A program made the translations under genes and the position numbers. From NCBI GenBank assembly GCA_963826115.1, contig CAWGVS010000006.1:608001-672000 (forward strand): a stretch of 64,000 nt of DNA, in the 5' to 3' direction. The stretch's first letter is position 1; each line of letters starts with the position of its first letter. Positions 55,172 to 64,000 of the stretch are shown here, piece after piece. The DNA is from an uncultured Candidatus Rokubacteria bacterium (GTDB taxonomy: Bacteria; Methylomirabilota; Methylomirabilia; Rokubacteriales; DASRDR01). The notes beneath the pieces are model-generated. The model saw only the letters and a list, made by a program, of their open reading frames with translations. It did not search any database and was not told where the DNA came from.

Positions 55172-55958
55172 GGTCGACGTCGCGGAGGAACTCGTCGACG
55201 AGCCGGTTGAAGGCGACGGGGCGCTCGAAGTAGACGGAGTGCCCCGCGGCCGGCACCCGCGCGAGGCGCGCGCCCGGCACGATCGACGCGAGGACGGCGA
55301 CGGCGTCCGGCGGGATGACGACGTCCTCCTCGCCGACGACGCAGAGGAGCGGCGGCCCGAGCGTGGCGACCGTCGCGCGCGGCGTCGCCCGCATCGCGAT
55401 CAGCTTCTTCCGGATCGCGGTCTTGTCGAGGTCCTGCGAGAGCGCGTCCACCTCCCGGTAGAGGAAGTGGAGGGCCGGCTGCTCCCGCGCCATCCGCTCG
55501 CCGGCCGCCGGGTGGATGCCGCGGTCGAACAGCGCCTTCTCCGGCTGCGCCGCCCCGTGGGCCTTGAAGATCGCGTGCGTCTCGGGGTCGCCGAGCGTGC
55601 CGGTCGTCGCCGCCATGACGAGCGCCTTCACGCGCTCCGGGTGCCGGAGCGCGTAGCCGAGGCACGTCCAGCCGCCCATCGACTGGGCGACGAGCCGCAC
55701 GTCGGCCAGCCCCAGGTGGTCGACCAGGGCCGCGAGGTCGTCGGCGTACGCGTCGGGCCCGGGCCGGTCCGGGGACTCCGTCGAGAGGCCGAACCCGCGG
55801 TGGTCGAGGGTCACGCACGTGTAGCGGTCGCGGAAGTGCGGGACCTGCTGCCACCAGGAGAGGTGGCCGCCGCCCAGGCCGTGGACGAAGACGAGGGCCG
55901 GGCCCGCGCCGTGGGTCTCGTAGTAGAGCCGCGCGCCGTCGCGCTCGAGGAAGGGCAT
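55161..55958 (-). CDS. alpha/beta fold hydrolase
   Basis: HGLGG, DHRGFG, AQSMGG, GHSVYFE. Confidence 0.9.
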   Translation of the reverse strand: MPFLERDGARLYYETHGAGPALVFVHGLGGGHLSWWQQVPHFRDRYTCVTLDHRGFGLSTESPDRPGPDAYADDLAALVDHLGLADVRLVAQSMGGWTCLGYALRHPERVKALVMAATTGTLGDPETHAIFKAHGAAQPEKALFDRGIHPAAGERMAREQPALHFLYREVDALSQDLDKTAIRKKLIAMRATPRATVATLGPPLLCVVGEEDVVIPPDAVAVLASIVPGARLARVPAAGHSVYFERPVAFNRLVDEFLRDVDRAP

Positions 55959-55974
55959 CGCGGAGTCCTCCGGG

Positions 55975-56736
55975 TCAGGCCGCGGCGCTCGCGCGCCCGG
56001 CGTGGGTGATCGAGGTGGCGGAACCGACGCGGCCGACGTGGATCGTCACGGTGCCGAGGCCGACCTTCCGGACGCGGACGTCGCGAAGCCCGACCGCCTC
56101 CATGAGGTGCGCGAGCTCGCCCGGCGTCACGAAGCGGTCGACGGACTGGGGGAGGTAGGTGTACGCGTCGCGATTCCCCGAGATCAGCCCGCCGATCGCC
56201 GGGACGACGTGGTGGAAGTAGAGCCGGAAGGCCTGGCGCCAGCCGGGGAGCGTCGGCTGGGTGATCTCGAGGGCGACGACGCTCCCGCCGGGCGCCGTCA
56301 CGCGCCGCATCTCGGCGAGGCCCGCGCGGAGGTCGGCGAGGTTCCGGAGGAGGAACGCCGACGCCACGCAGCCGAAGGAGGCGTCGGCGAACGGGAGCGC
56401 GAGGGCGTCCCCCGCGAGGAAGCGCACCCGCCGCTCGCCGGCCGCCTGCGCCTTCACCCGGCCGAGGCGGAGCATGCCCTCGACGAAGTCGACGCCGACC
56501 ACGGCGCGCACGCCCGCTTCCGCGAGGAGCGCCCGCGCGAGGTCGCCCGTGCCGGTGGCGAGGTCGAGGGCGAGGGCGCCGCGGGGCGGCGCCGCCGCGC
56601 GCGCGGCGGCCCGGCGCCAGGCCTGGTCGCGGCCCCCGGTCATGAGCGCGTTCATGAGGTCGTAGCGCGGCGCGATGCCCGCGAACATCGCCCGCACGCG
56701 GGTCGCCTTGTCGCCGCCGGCGGCCGGCTGGATCAT
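55975..56736 (-). CDS. ubiE: demethylmenaquinone methyltransferase UbiE/MenG
   Basis: MFAGIAPRYDLMN, LDLATGTGD, DALALPF, LRN, AYTYLPQS. Confidence 0.92.
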   Translation of the reverse strand: MIQPAAGGDKATRVRAMFAGIAPRYDLMNALMTGGRDQAWRRAAARAAAPPRGALALDLATGTGDLARALLAEAGVRAVVGVDFVEGMLRLGRVKAQAAGERRVRFLAGDALALPFADASFGCVASAFLLRNLADLRAGLAEMRRVTAPGGSVVALEITQPTLPGWRQAFRLYFHHVVPAIGGLISGNRDAYTYLPQSVDRFVTPGELAHLMEAVGLRDVRVRKVGLGTVTIHVGRVGSATSITHAGRASAAA

Positions 56737-57345
56737 GCGCGCTGGCGGACGCGGAGCCACGTCGCCGTGCCGAGACACGCCATCGCCGCGGTGCCCCAGG
56801 GGAACGGGTGGCCGATCGCGAAGAGGGCGCCGGCGAGCGCCACGAGGCCGGCGACGGCCCGGCCCGCGCCCGCCTGGCGGAGCGCGACGGCCGCGGCCCC
56901 GGCCGCGACCAGCCACGAGAGAATGGCGATGCTGATCACGAGGAAGATCGCCGCGCCCCCCGGCGTCCGCTGCGCGTCCCAGAACGCCTGGATCTGCTGT
57001 ATCGCCGCGACCCGGGCCTCGCCGTCCAGGCCGCGCAGGAGGCCGATCAGCGTGCCGGTGCCGATCCCGACGACCGCGTCGAAGGCGCTGTAGAAGGCCA
57101 GGAACGGTACCAGCGCCAGCCGGCACACGGTGGCGGCGCGGAGTCGCGCATCCCTCGACGAGGAGCCAGAGCGTCGCGGCGAGGAGCGCGAGCAGGACGA
57201 GCTGGACGACGTGGACCGCCAGCCAGCGGCCGAGGCTCGGCTCGAGCGCCTCGACGATCGAGCGCCCCCGGGGACGCGGATGGAGCACGCTCACGACGCC
57301 GAAGGCGACCGGAGTCCCGAGGAGGACGAGCCGCCGGGCGTCCAT
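56733..57345 (-). CDS. hypothetical membrane protein, with a frameshift near 57140
   Basis: ATG overlaps the prenyltransferase stop and its stop overlaps the ubiE start; hydrophobic helices continue across one frame change (LHP...WLAVH / FYSAFDAVVGIG...HPFPWG). Confidence 0.65.
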
Positions 57346-58193
57346 CAGTACCAGAGACCCGCGACCGCGGCGACGAACGTGATCACGCTGATGTAGCCGT
57401 TCACGTTGAAGAAGGCCATGTCGAGCTTCGAGAGGTCGGTCGCCGAGACGAGGGAGTGCTCGTAGACGAGGAGCCCCACCACGACCAGCCAGCCGACCCA
57501 GTAGAGGACGCCGAGCCCGAGCGTCCAGCCGGCGGCCGCGAGGGCGAGCGCGGTCAGGACGTGGCACGCGCGCGCGGCCTGGAGCGCCGCGGGGATCCCG
57601 AAGCGCGCGGGCACCGAGTGGAGGCCCTCCCGCCGGTCGAACTCGACGTCCTGGCACGCGTAGAGGAGGTCGAACCCCGCGATCCACACGGTGACGGCGA
57701 GCCAGAGGAGCCACGCGGGCCACTCCATCGTCCCGCGCACCGCGATCCACGCGCCCGCCGCCGCCGCGCCGTCGGTGAAGCCGAGGATCCAGTGGGAGAG
57801 CCAGGTGAAGCGCTTCGTGTAGGAGTAGCCGACGAGGAAGACCAGCGCGATCGGCGCGAGCGCGAGGCAGAGGGGCCCGAGCTGCCACGCCGCGACGAAG
57901 AAGAGCGCGGCCGAGGCGATCGTGGCGAGCGTGAGGTCGCGCGGCTTCAGGATCCCGCGCGGCAGGTGCCGCCCTGCCGTCCTTGGGTTCCGCGCGTCGA
58001 GCTGGCGGTCGATCAGCCGGTTCGCGGCCATGGCCGTCGTCCGCGCCGCCACCATCGCGATCGTGATCCAGAGGACGGCGTGCCACCCCGGCCAGCCGCG
58101 CGCCGCCAGCACCATCCCCAGGTAGGCGAACGGCAGCGCGAACACGGTGTGCTCCACCTTGATCGCGTCGAGGAAGTGCCGGAGCGTCGACAT
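57345..58193 (-). CDS. mqnP: UbiA-family prenyltransferase (MqnP-like, futalosine pathway)
   Basis: KVEHTVFALPFAY, NRLIDRQLDARNPRT, YSYTKRFT, GFDLLYACQD, AFFNVNG. Confidence 0.85.
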   Translation of the reverse strand: MSTLRHFLDAIKVEHTVFALPFAYLGMVLAARGWPGWHAVLWITIAMVAARTTAMAANRLIDRQLDARNPRTAGRHLPRGILKPRDLTLATIASAALFFVAAWQLGPLCLALAPIALVFLVGYSYTKRFTWLSHWILGFTDGAAAAGAWIAVRGTMEWPAWLLWLAVTVWIAGFDLLYACQDVEFDRREGLHSVPARFGIPAALQAARACHVLTALALAAAGWTLGLGVLYWVGWLVVVGLLVYEHSLVSATDLSKLDMAFFNVNGYISVITFVAAVAGLWY

Positions 58194-58408
58194 GATGGCG
58201 GCTCCAGGGTACCCCGAGTCTGACCGGGGTCAGCCACGCAGGTGGCGCCGGCTCCGAGCCGGACCCTGCGTGCCGCGGCTAGCAGCTGCGCGAATCGAGC
58301 GCCGCAGGCTCGAGATGCGCCAACCGAGACGGGCAACGCCGGGGCGATCTGGCGGGACCGGAGCGAACCGACGCCAGGGCCCGCGGCAGGGCCAGGACGC
58401 GGCGGCGC

Positions 58409-59983
58409 TCAGCGCGGGCTGTGGAGGTGGAGGACCTTCCCCGCCGACGTGGCCATCGGCGGCCGGCGCTCGAGCGTGAGGAGCCGCGCCCCGCGCCACG
58501 CGAGCTCGCCGACGCGCTGGGCGCCCCCGCGCTCGCCGAGGGTCCGCAGGAACTCGTCCACGACGAGGGCGGCGTCGAGCGGGCCCACGCGCGGATGGAC
58601 GAGGAGGCGGAGCCGCGGCCGGCCGTCCTGCGCCTCCTCCTCGACGAGCTGGTAGTCGCCCGGCCCGCCGCCGAACCGCCGCGGGAGCGCCTCCTCCAGG
58701 ATGGCGACGACGTCGGTGTCGAGGAACGCCATCCCGGCGGCGGTCAGCTTCTCCGCGCTCCGGACGCCCCCGAGGTGCGTCCGCCAGCCCGGCCGGTCGA
58801 GCGGGCAGCCGCAGCGGCGCTCGCCGAGGCCGCCGCCGTCGCCGAGGGACAGGTTCACGAGGAGGAGCGTCGCCGTCGGACGGAGCGACGTGATCAGGAA
58901 CGTGTCGGCGTCGACGCCATGCCCGAGCGCGGCTCCCACCTGAACCACGGCGTGGAGCTCGCCCAGCACGTGGACGTCGTCGGGGCCGTCCGGCCGGGCG
59001 CAGCCGAAGGCGACCGGCCCCGTCTCGACGCTTCCGTAGCGCGCGACCGTCTCGGCGCCCGTGTCGCGCACCGTCCGGAGCCGGGCCACGGTGACCGGCT
59101 CGCTGCCCATCGTGAGGCGGACGCCGTCGAGGGCCTGGCCGCGGGCGCGCGCCGCCTCGGCCAGGCGCACCGCCGCGCTCGAGATCGTGTGAAGGTAGGG
59201 CCGTCCGCCGGCGGCGAGGACCGCGCGGATCCAGTCGAGCACCGGCGTCGGGTCCTCGGGCAGGACGTGGGTGGCCCGCGGCAGCGCCGCGCCGGCCGCG
59301 AGGCTCGCCCAGCGCATGATCCGCGCGCTCCACCGGTAGCGCGCGTGGAGCCCCGGCGAGTCCGGCCGGACCGGGGAGAACCAGCGCTCCGGCCGCATGC
59401 CGGCGGCCGCGTACTCGAGGATGCGCACCATCGCTGCCGCGCCCGGCATGCCCCAGACGGCCACGCGGGAGCCCCGCCAGCCCAGCGCGTCGAACGCGAC
59501 CGGCACGTGAACGGCCCGGTCGCGGAGCCACGCGAGGTCGATCGGGACCGGCGTGCCCTCGCTCCGGCTCCCGCCCGTCCGCGCCGAGAGGGAGGTCGCC
59601 GCCCCCGGGTTCATGAACGCCCGCGGCGTCGCCTCGATGGAGAGCGCGCCGCGGACGATCGGCCGGCGGCCCTTGAACTCGTCGACCGTCACGTACACGC
59701 CCTCGCGGGCGAGCCGGCGGAGCGCGCCCTCGAGGCCGTCCTCGCGGACGAGGCGCGCCAGGTCGCCGGCCTCGCAGCCGGCGTGGCGGAGGAGCGCGCG
59801 ATAGGGGCTCGCGGCAGTGTCGACCGCGGCCCGCGCCACGCGAAGGAAGTCGGCCTCGCGCTGCGCCAGCCGCTCGCCGAGGAGGCGCCGGGACTCCGCC
59901 AGCGTGAGCGGCCGGCGGACAAACACGGGGAGCCCGGTGACGAGCCGGAGCCCCGCCCGGAGATCCTCCGCCACTACCCCCAC
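58409..59983 (-). CDS. PaaK/CapK-like adenylate-forming enzyme, paralogue B
   Basis: TGGSRS, GSEP, YGSVETG, LGD, RRCGC, SAGKVLH; colinear with 19180..20853. Confidence 0.72.
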   Translation of the reverse strand: MGVVAEDLRAGLRLVTGLPVFVRRPLTLAESRRLLGERLAQREADFLRVARAAVDTAASPYRALLRHAGCEAGDLARLVREDGLEGALRRLAREGVYVTVDEFKGRRPIVRGALSIEATPRAFMNPGAATSLSARTGGSRSEGTPVPIDLAWLRDRAVHVPVAFDALGWRGSRVAVWGMPGAAAMVRILEYAAAGMRPERWFSPVRPDSPGLHARYRWSARIMRWASLAAGAALPRATHVLPEDPTPVLDWIRAVLAAGGRPYLHTISSAAVRLAEAARARGQALDGVRLTMGSEPVTVARLRTVRDTGAETVARYGSVETGPVAFGCARPDGPDDVHVLGELHAVVQVGAALGHGVDADTFLITSLRPTATLLLVNLSLGDGGGLGERRCGCPLDRPGWRTHLGGVRSAEKLTAAGMAFLDTDVVAILEEALPRRFGGGPGDYQLVEEEAQDGRPRLRLLVHPRVGPLDAALVVDEFLRTLGERGGAQRVGELAWRGARLLTLERRPPMATSAGKVLHLHSPR

Positions 59984-60108
59984 CGACGCTCCCCGCGCGT
60001 CCAGACGGTGGCGGCGGCCCAGCCCGTGAGGACCTCTCGTGGGTCGTCCTCATCCGGGGTGGCGAGCCACGTTGGTGCGGGGGGCGAGCAGTCCACCGTC
60101 GTCGAGCT

Positions 60109-61035
60109 CTAGCGGCCGCCCCGCCGCTCGTCGGGGAATTCGCGCTCGGAACGGGGGATCCGCTGCCGATAGTTCTCCACGCCGACGTAGACGGTCCGAC
60201 CGGCGAGCTGTCGGCGGTACCCGGCGACAATGACCTCGAGCCGATGGGCTCGCGTGTCGGAGGGCGGGTGCGACCAGAGGTACGAGCCCATGGCCTCACC
60301 CGCCGCCTGTGCGATCTCGCCCACCGGTGTCGTCGCGCGGGGCGGGTGAGGTCTGCCGAAGCGCCCGGCGAGGCGCTCGAAGACCTTGGCTCCGGCCTCC
60401 GGCGCGTACCCACCCTCGACGCTCACTCGCACGCCTTGCGCGTCGGCCTCGACCTCCTGGTACTTGGTGTAGCCCGCGGCCAGCACGCGCCGGGTCAGCG
60501 CGGCGAGCTGGCCAACCTCCCGGAGCCCGACTTTCCCGAGGGCGGCCTGATACTGGTACCGCTCCACGCAGTGCCGGAGGTCGACATGTGCCATCTCGTG
60601 GCCGAGGATCGCCGCCAGCTCTGCCTCGGATTGGAGGAAGTCCAGCATGCCGGTGAAGACGAAGACCTGTCCGCCGGGAATCGCGAACGCGTTGATGGAG
60701 GGGGAGCGGACCACGTGGAACTCGTACCGGATCCCGCGGCGGCGGACGTGGGGCGCCAGCGCCTGGCCGACCGCCGACACGTATCGCGTCGCCTCCAGGT
60801 CCTCCCGCCAGCTCCCGACGACCTGGCCGGCGATCGTCCGGCCGAGGTCCATCTCCTCGCGGTCGCCCATTCGCGTCAGCCGGAGCCCGAACTGGTCGGC
60901 GTCGCGCAGCACGTCGCCCCACATCTCGGCCACGGAGGACAGGGTCACCTCCTCGTCGGGTCGCCCGACCCAGGTGGCGACGCCACCGGCGAGGAGGAGC
61001 GCGAGGACGACGGCGAGAGCGCGGCGATCGGCCAA
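60109..61035 (-). CDS. M48-family metallopeptidase
   Basis: INAFAIPGG, ELAAILGHEMAH (HExxH), EVEAD, SHPP; TTG start after AGGAGG. Confidence 0.88.
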   Translation of the reverse strand: MADRRALAVVLALLLAGGVATWVGRPDEEVTLSSVAEMWGDVLRDADQFGLRLTRMGDREEMDLGRTIAGQVVGSWREDLEATRYVSAVGQALAPHVRRRGIRYEFHVVRSPSINAFAIPGGQVFVFTGMLDFLQSEAELAAILGHEMAHVDLRHCVERYQYQAALGKVGLREVGQLAALTRRVLAAGYTKYQEVEADAQGVRVSVEGGYAPEAGAKVFERLAGRFGRPHPPRATTPVGEIAQAAGEAMGSYLWSHPPSDTRAHRLEVIVAGYRRQLAGRTVYVGVENYRQRIPRSEREFPDERRGGR

Positions 61036-61043
61036 TGGGCCTC

Positions 61044-64000
61044 CTAGAGGTAGCGCCGGAGCTGCGCGCCGAAGCGCGCATAGACGAACGACACGCCCAG
61101 GAGGACGAGACCGAGCCCGACGAACGAGAGGATGCGGGCGGGGGTGTCCAGCCCGCGGAAGTCGAGCGCGAACAGCTTCAGGGTGCAGACCGCGAGGAGG
61201 AGGAGACCCGAGAGCCTGAGGACCCGCTCCCGGAGCGGCAGACCGACCGTCAGGAGCAGGGCCCCCGCGATCGCCCATGCCAGGGTCAGGAGCCGTCCCG
61301 ACACCTCGTAGGACAGGAGCACCGCGAGGAGCGCGGTGCCGAGGATCGAGTAGACCGCCCGCGCGTGGAGGTCGAACCGGACGAGGCCGCGCACGATCCG
61401 GTTGCGCGAGATGACAGCCGGGACGGCGGGTGACCGCGGCGAGAGAAACTGCCCGGCGTAGAAGCTGGCGATGACGACGGCCCCCGTCCCGATGCGACCG
61501 AGCGGCCCGGCGAGGCTCTCCGGGATGTAGAAGTTCGTGGCCCAGCTGCGGCCGAAGGTGAGGAGCGCCACGGCGTAGGCTTGCCACCGCAGGTCGCGCT
61601 CGTCGGCACGGACACCCCACCAGAGGAGCCCGAGCCCAAGGAGCGCCCAGCCGATCACGGCCATGGCGCGACCCGCCTCGAAGCGCACGAGGAAGACGGC
61701 GAGGACTGCCGGCGCGTAGAGATACAGGCGCGGGAGCCGCGCCTCCCAGACGGCCAGCGTGGCCGCCGCGCTGGCCCGGAGCCTGGCCGACAGGTAGTAG
61801 AGGAGGACGATGAAGGGGAGGACCGTCAGGATCCGATGGGACACGCCCACCGTCTCTCCCAGGTTGGCGAAGTTCGCGAGGAACAGTCGGCCGAACGCGG
61901 CCGCGACCACGAGATGCCCCTGGAGCCTGAGCGCGGGAAGCACCCGCGAGAAGCCCAGCTCGATCAGAAGGAGTCCCAGTATGCCCCAGGCCACTGCGAC
62001 GACCGGCGCCGGGAGGACGTGCCAGAGCAGGGTCGCCAGGAGGACGGTGCCGGCAGCCGAGGCCGCGTCCCGAGCCATCCGCCGTTCCGTGACCGGGAGT
62101 CCGCCCGGGGTCAGCCGGAAGAGCCTGACGGCGGCGCCGTACGTCAAGAGCACCCCGGGCACGAGCGGGACCCAGAGGTAGCGGCCGGACGTGGCGCCGA
62201 ACCCCAGCTCGTTGACGACCAGGAAGGCGGCCAGGCCCAGCGTGGCGATTCCGTACGCCTGGGCCCGCAGCTCGTCGAGGGACCGGCGGAGGCCGAGCTC
62301 GAACAGCGCCGCCGCGAGCAGGAGCCAACCGGTCCCGACATACTCGCGGGGCAGCTCGTAGCCGAGGACCAGCGCGAGCAGCGCGGACCCACCGAAGCTG
62401 TAGGCGGTCTCGGCGGCTCGGAGCCGTGGCCCCGCCCGGCTCGCGGCGGCCAGCGCGCGGTTCACGTAGAACACCGTGACGGACAGCAGCGCGAGTGGCG
62501 TCACGGCCATGAGTGACCGACCGGCAACGGTCACGTGGCCGGCACTCGTCAGGTCGACCAGCGCGAGCTTGACCAGGGAGATGGCGAAGACCACGCCGCC
62601 CAGGGCTCGGAGATACGGCTGGCCGAGGCGGAGGCCAGCCAGGAAGAGCAGCTCGGCCTCCAGGAGGAGGCCGAGGTTGACGCGCAGCCCCGAGAAACGC
62701 ATCGCGATGGCGGCGATTCCCAGCGCGGCGGCCAAGGCGATCGGGGCTTCGTAGCTGCCCGACAGCGCCCGCGCCAGTGCGTCCGCCTCCGCAGCGACGC
62801 CGGTCGGCGGCGGCCGCAGGCGCGCCCGGATCAGGGCACTGGCGAGGTAGGCGACCCCGCTACCCGCCAGGAGGAGGTAGAGGGCGTCGGCCTGGGCCGT
62901 CGGCCAGTACAGGAGCGACACCCCGAGGAAACCGCACGCGTTGAGCGGGAAAAGCGTCCGCGCGAGCTGCGGCCGGGTGTCCCGCCTCAACCCCAGGAGG
63001 TCGAAGCCCTCGAAGAGAAGCCAGTAGGCGGCGAGGACCGACTGGCCCGTGAGCGGGTCGGGCCCCGTGCCGGGCGAGAGCCCGGGGCCGAAGCGCAGGG
63101 CATACGCGGCGTAGGTGGCGATGAGCCCCCCGACCGCGAGCGAAACCCACGCGAAGCGCTGGGCCACGAGGACGAGGGAGGCCACGAGCGGCAACGAGGC
63201 GGCCAGGGCAAATCCGGACAGCGGGCTGAGGATCAGCGTGATGAACCCGACGCCGTAGGCGACGCCGGTGACGACCTCCCGGCGATACGTCAGCGAGTGG
63301 CAGACGAGGCCGGCGGCCACTGCGGCCAGCAGCAGCATCCCGCTCAGGGGGTTGTCGATCACCCGCGCGGCTTCGAGGCCGTGCGCGGCGTAGGTGGTGA
63401 AGTAGAGGGCCGCCCACCCGCCCCCGATCAGGCCGCGGGCGAAGATCACATAGCGGGCGCGCCGTTCCAGGACGACTCCGCCGGCCAGCATCGCCACGCC
63501 GACGCCGAGTCCGACGGCGACCCTTCCCGCGGGGCCGAGGTTGGTGAGCGAGTAGCCCAGGAACAGGCTGATCCCGATGACGAGGACGAGGACGCCAACC
63601 TTGTTCGCCCAGCTCCCGCCGACGACGGCCTCCCACTCGCCACCCCGAAGCTCCGCGCGGAGCCGCTCGCCCAGCCGGGCCAGGAACGAGGGTTGTGCGG
63701 GTTCGCGCGGGATGCCTTCGGGCTCCTCGGTTCCCTCCGTAGCGACGCTCTGGGCCGCGACGACCGGAGTCGGAGGGAGCGGCGGGCCGCGCCGAAGCGC
63801 CTCGGCGGCAGCCGGATGAATCCAGACGGACCCCGGAGGCTTGGCCCCGACCGTGGCTTGGGCGGGCGCCAGCGACTCCCGAGTCGGATCCCGGAGGGCC
63901 TCCTCGAGGCGCGCCACGCGCGCGAGCAGGTCCTGGACGAGGGGTTCGGTGTCAGGCGGAGGTCGATCCGAGCTCAGCTGCTCGACCCGGCGGCCCAGCT
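61044..64000 (-). CDS. DUF2339-family large membrane protein (5' end outside window)
   Basis: WEAVVGGSWANKVG, GRVAVG, LYFTTYAA, C-terminal KLFALD...RILSFVGLG; more than 20 TM helices. Confidence 0.8.
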   Translation of the reverse strand, partial: LGRRVEQLSSDRPPPDTEPLVQDLLARVARLEEALRDPTRESLAPAQATVGAKPPGSVWIHPAAAEALRRGPPLPPTPVVAAQSVATEGTEEPEGIPREPAQPSFLARLGERLRAELRGGEWEAVVGGSWANKVGVLVLVIGISLFLGYSLTNLGPAGRVAVGLGVGVAMLAGGVVLERRARYVIFARGLIGGGWAALYFTTYAAHGLEAARVIDNPLSGMLLLAAVAAGLVCHSLTYRREVVTGVAYGVGFITLILSPLSGFALAASLPLVASLVLVAQRFAWVSLAVGGLIATYAAYALRFGPGLSPGTGPDPLTGQSVLAAYWLLFEGFDLLGLRRDTRPQLARTLFPLNACGFLGVSLLYWPTAQADALYLLLAGSGVAYLASALIRARLRPPPTGVAAEADALARALSGSYEAPIALAAALGIAAIAMRFSGLRVNLGLLLEAELLFLAGLRLGQPYLRALGGVVFAISLVKLALVDLTSAGHVTVAGRSLMAVTPLALLSVTVFYVNRALAAASRAGPRLRAAETAYSFGGSALLALVLGYELPREYVGTGWLLLAAALFELGLRRSLDELRAQAYGIATLGLAAFLVVNELGFGATSGRYLWVPLVPGVLLTYGAAVRLFRLTPGGLPVTERRMARDAASAAGTVLLATLLWHVLPAPVVAVAWGILGLLLIELGFSRVLPALRLQGHLVVAAAFGRLFLANFANLGETVGVSHRILTVLPFIVLLYYLSARLRASAAATLAVWEARLPRLYLYAPAVLAVFLVRFEAGRAMAVIGWALLGLGLLWWGVRADERDLRWQAYAVALLTFGRSWATNFYIPESLAGPLGRIGTGAVVIASFYAGQFLSPRSPAVPAVISRNRIVRGLVRFDLHARAVYSILGTALLAVLLSYEVSGRLLTLAWAIAGALLLTVGLPLRERVLRLSGLLLLAVCTLKLFALDFRGLDTPARILSFVGLGLVLLGVSFVYARFGAQLRRYL

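Overview
64-kb window of a very GC-rich, gene-dense bacterial genome. The outer-membrane beta-barrel, futalosine-type prenyltransferase, many LLM/SDR/hydrolase genes and PaaK-like paralogues are compatible with Ca. Rokubacteria/Methylomirabilota, but that is inference only. It is mostly metabolic and accessory genes; I found no rRNA, tRNA, CRISPR array, integrase or transposase. Main signals not shown by the ORF track: (1) a two-domain thioredoxin-fold protein disulfide oxidoreductase split at an in-frame TGA that lies exactly at the first Cys of the active site (STPT-U-PHC), with a hairpin downstream, i.e. a probable selenoprotein; (2) two glnK/amtB operons, each with a sigma54 promoter, a shared 17-bp palindromic enhancer-like site and related 3' hairpins; (3) a third sigma54 promoter driving a structured, GGA-rich leader and two tiny unknown genes; (4) a decayed vapBC-like toxin-antitoxin locus with its operator palindrome; (5) two distant paralogues of an uncharacterised PaaK/CapK-like adenylate-forming enzyme; (6) many -10 boxes 6-9 nt before start codons, suggesting leaderless mRNAs; (7) five single-indel frameshifts in otherwise intact genes, probably sequencing errors.
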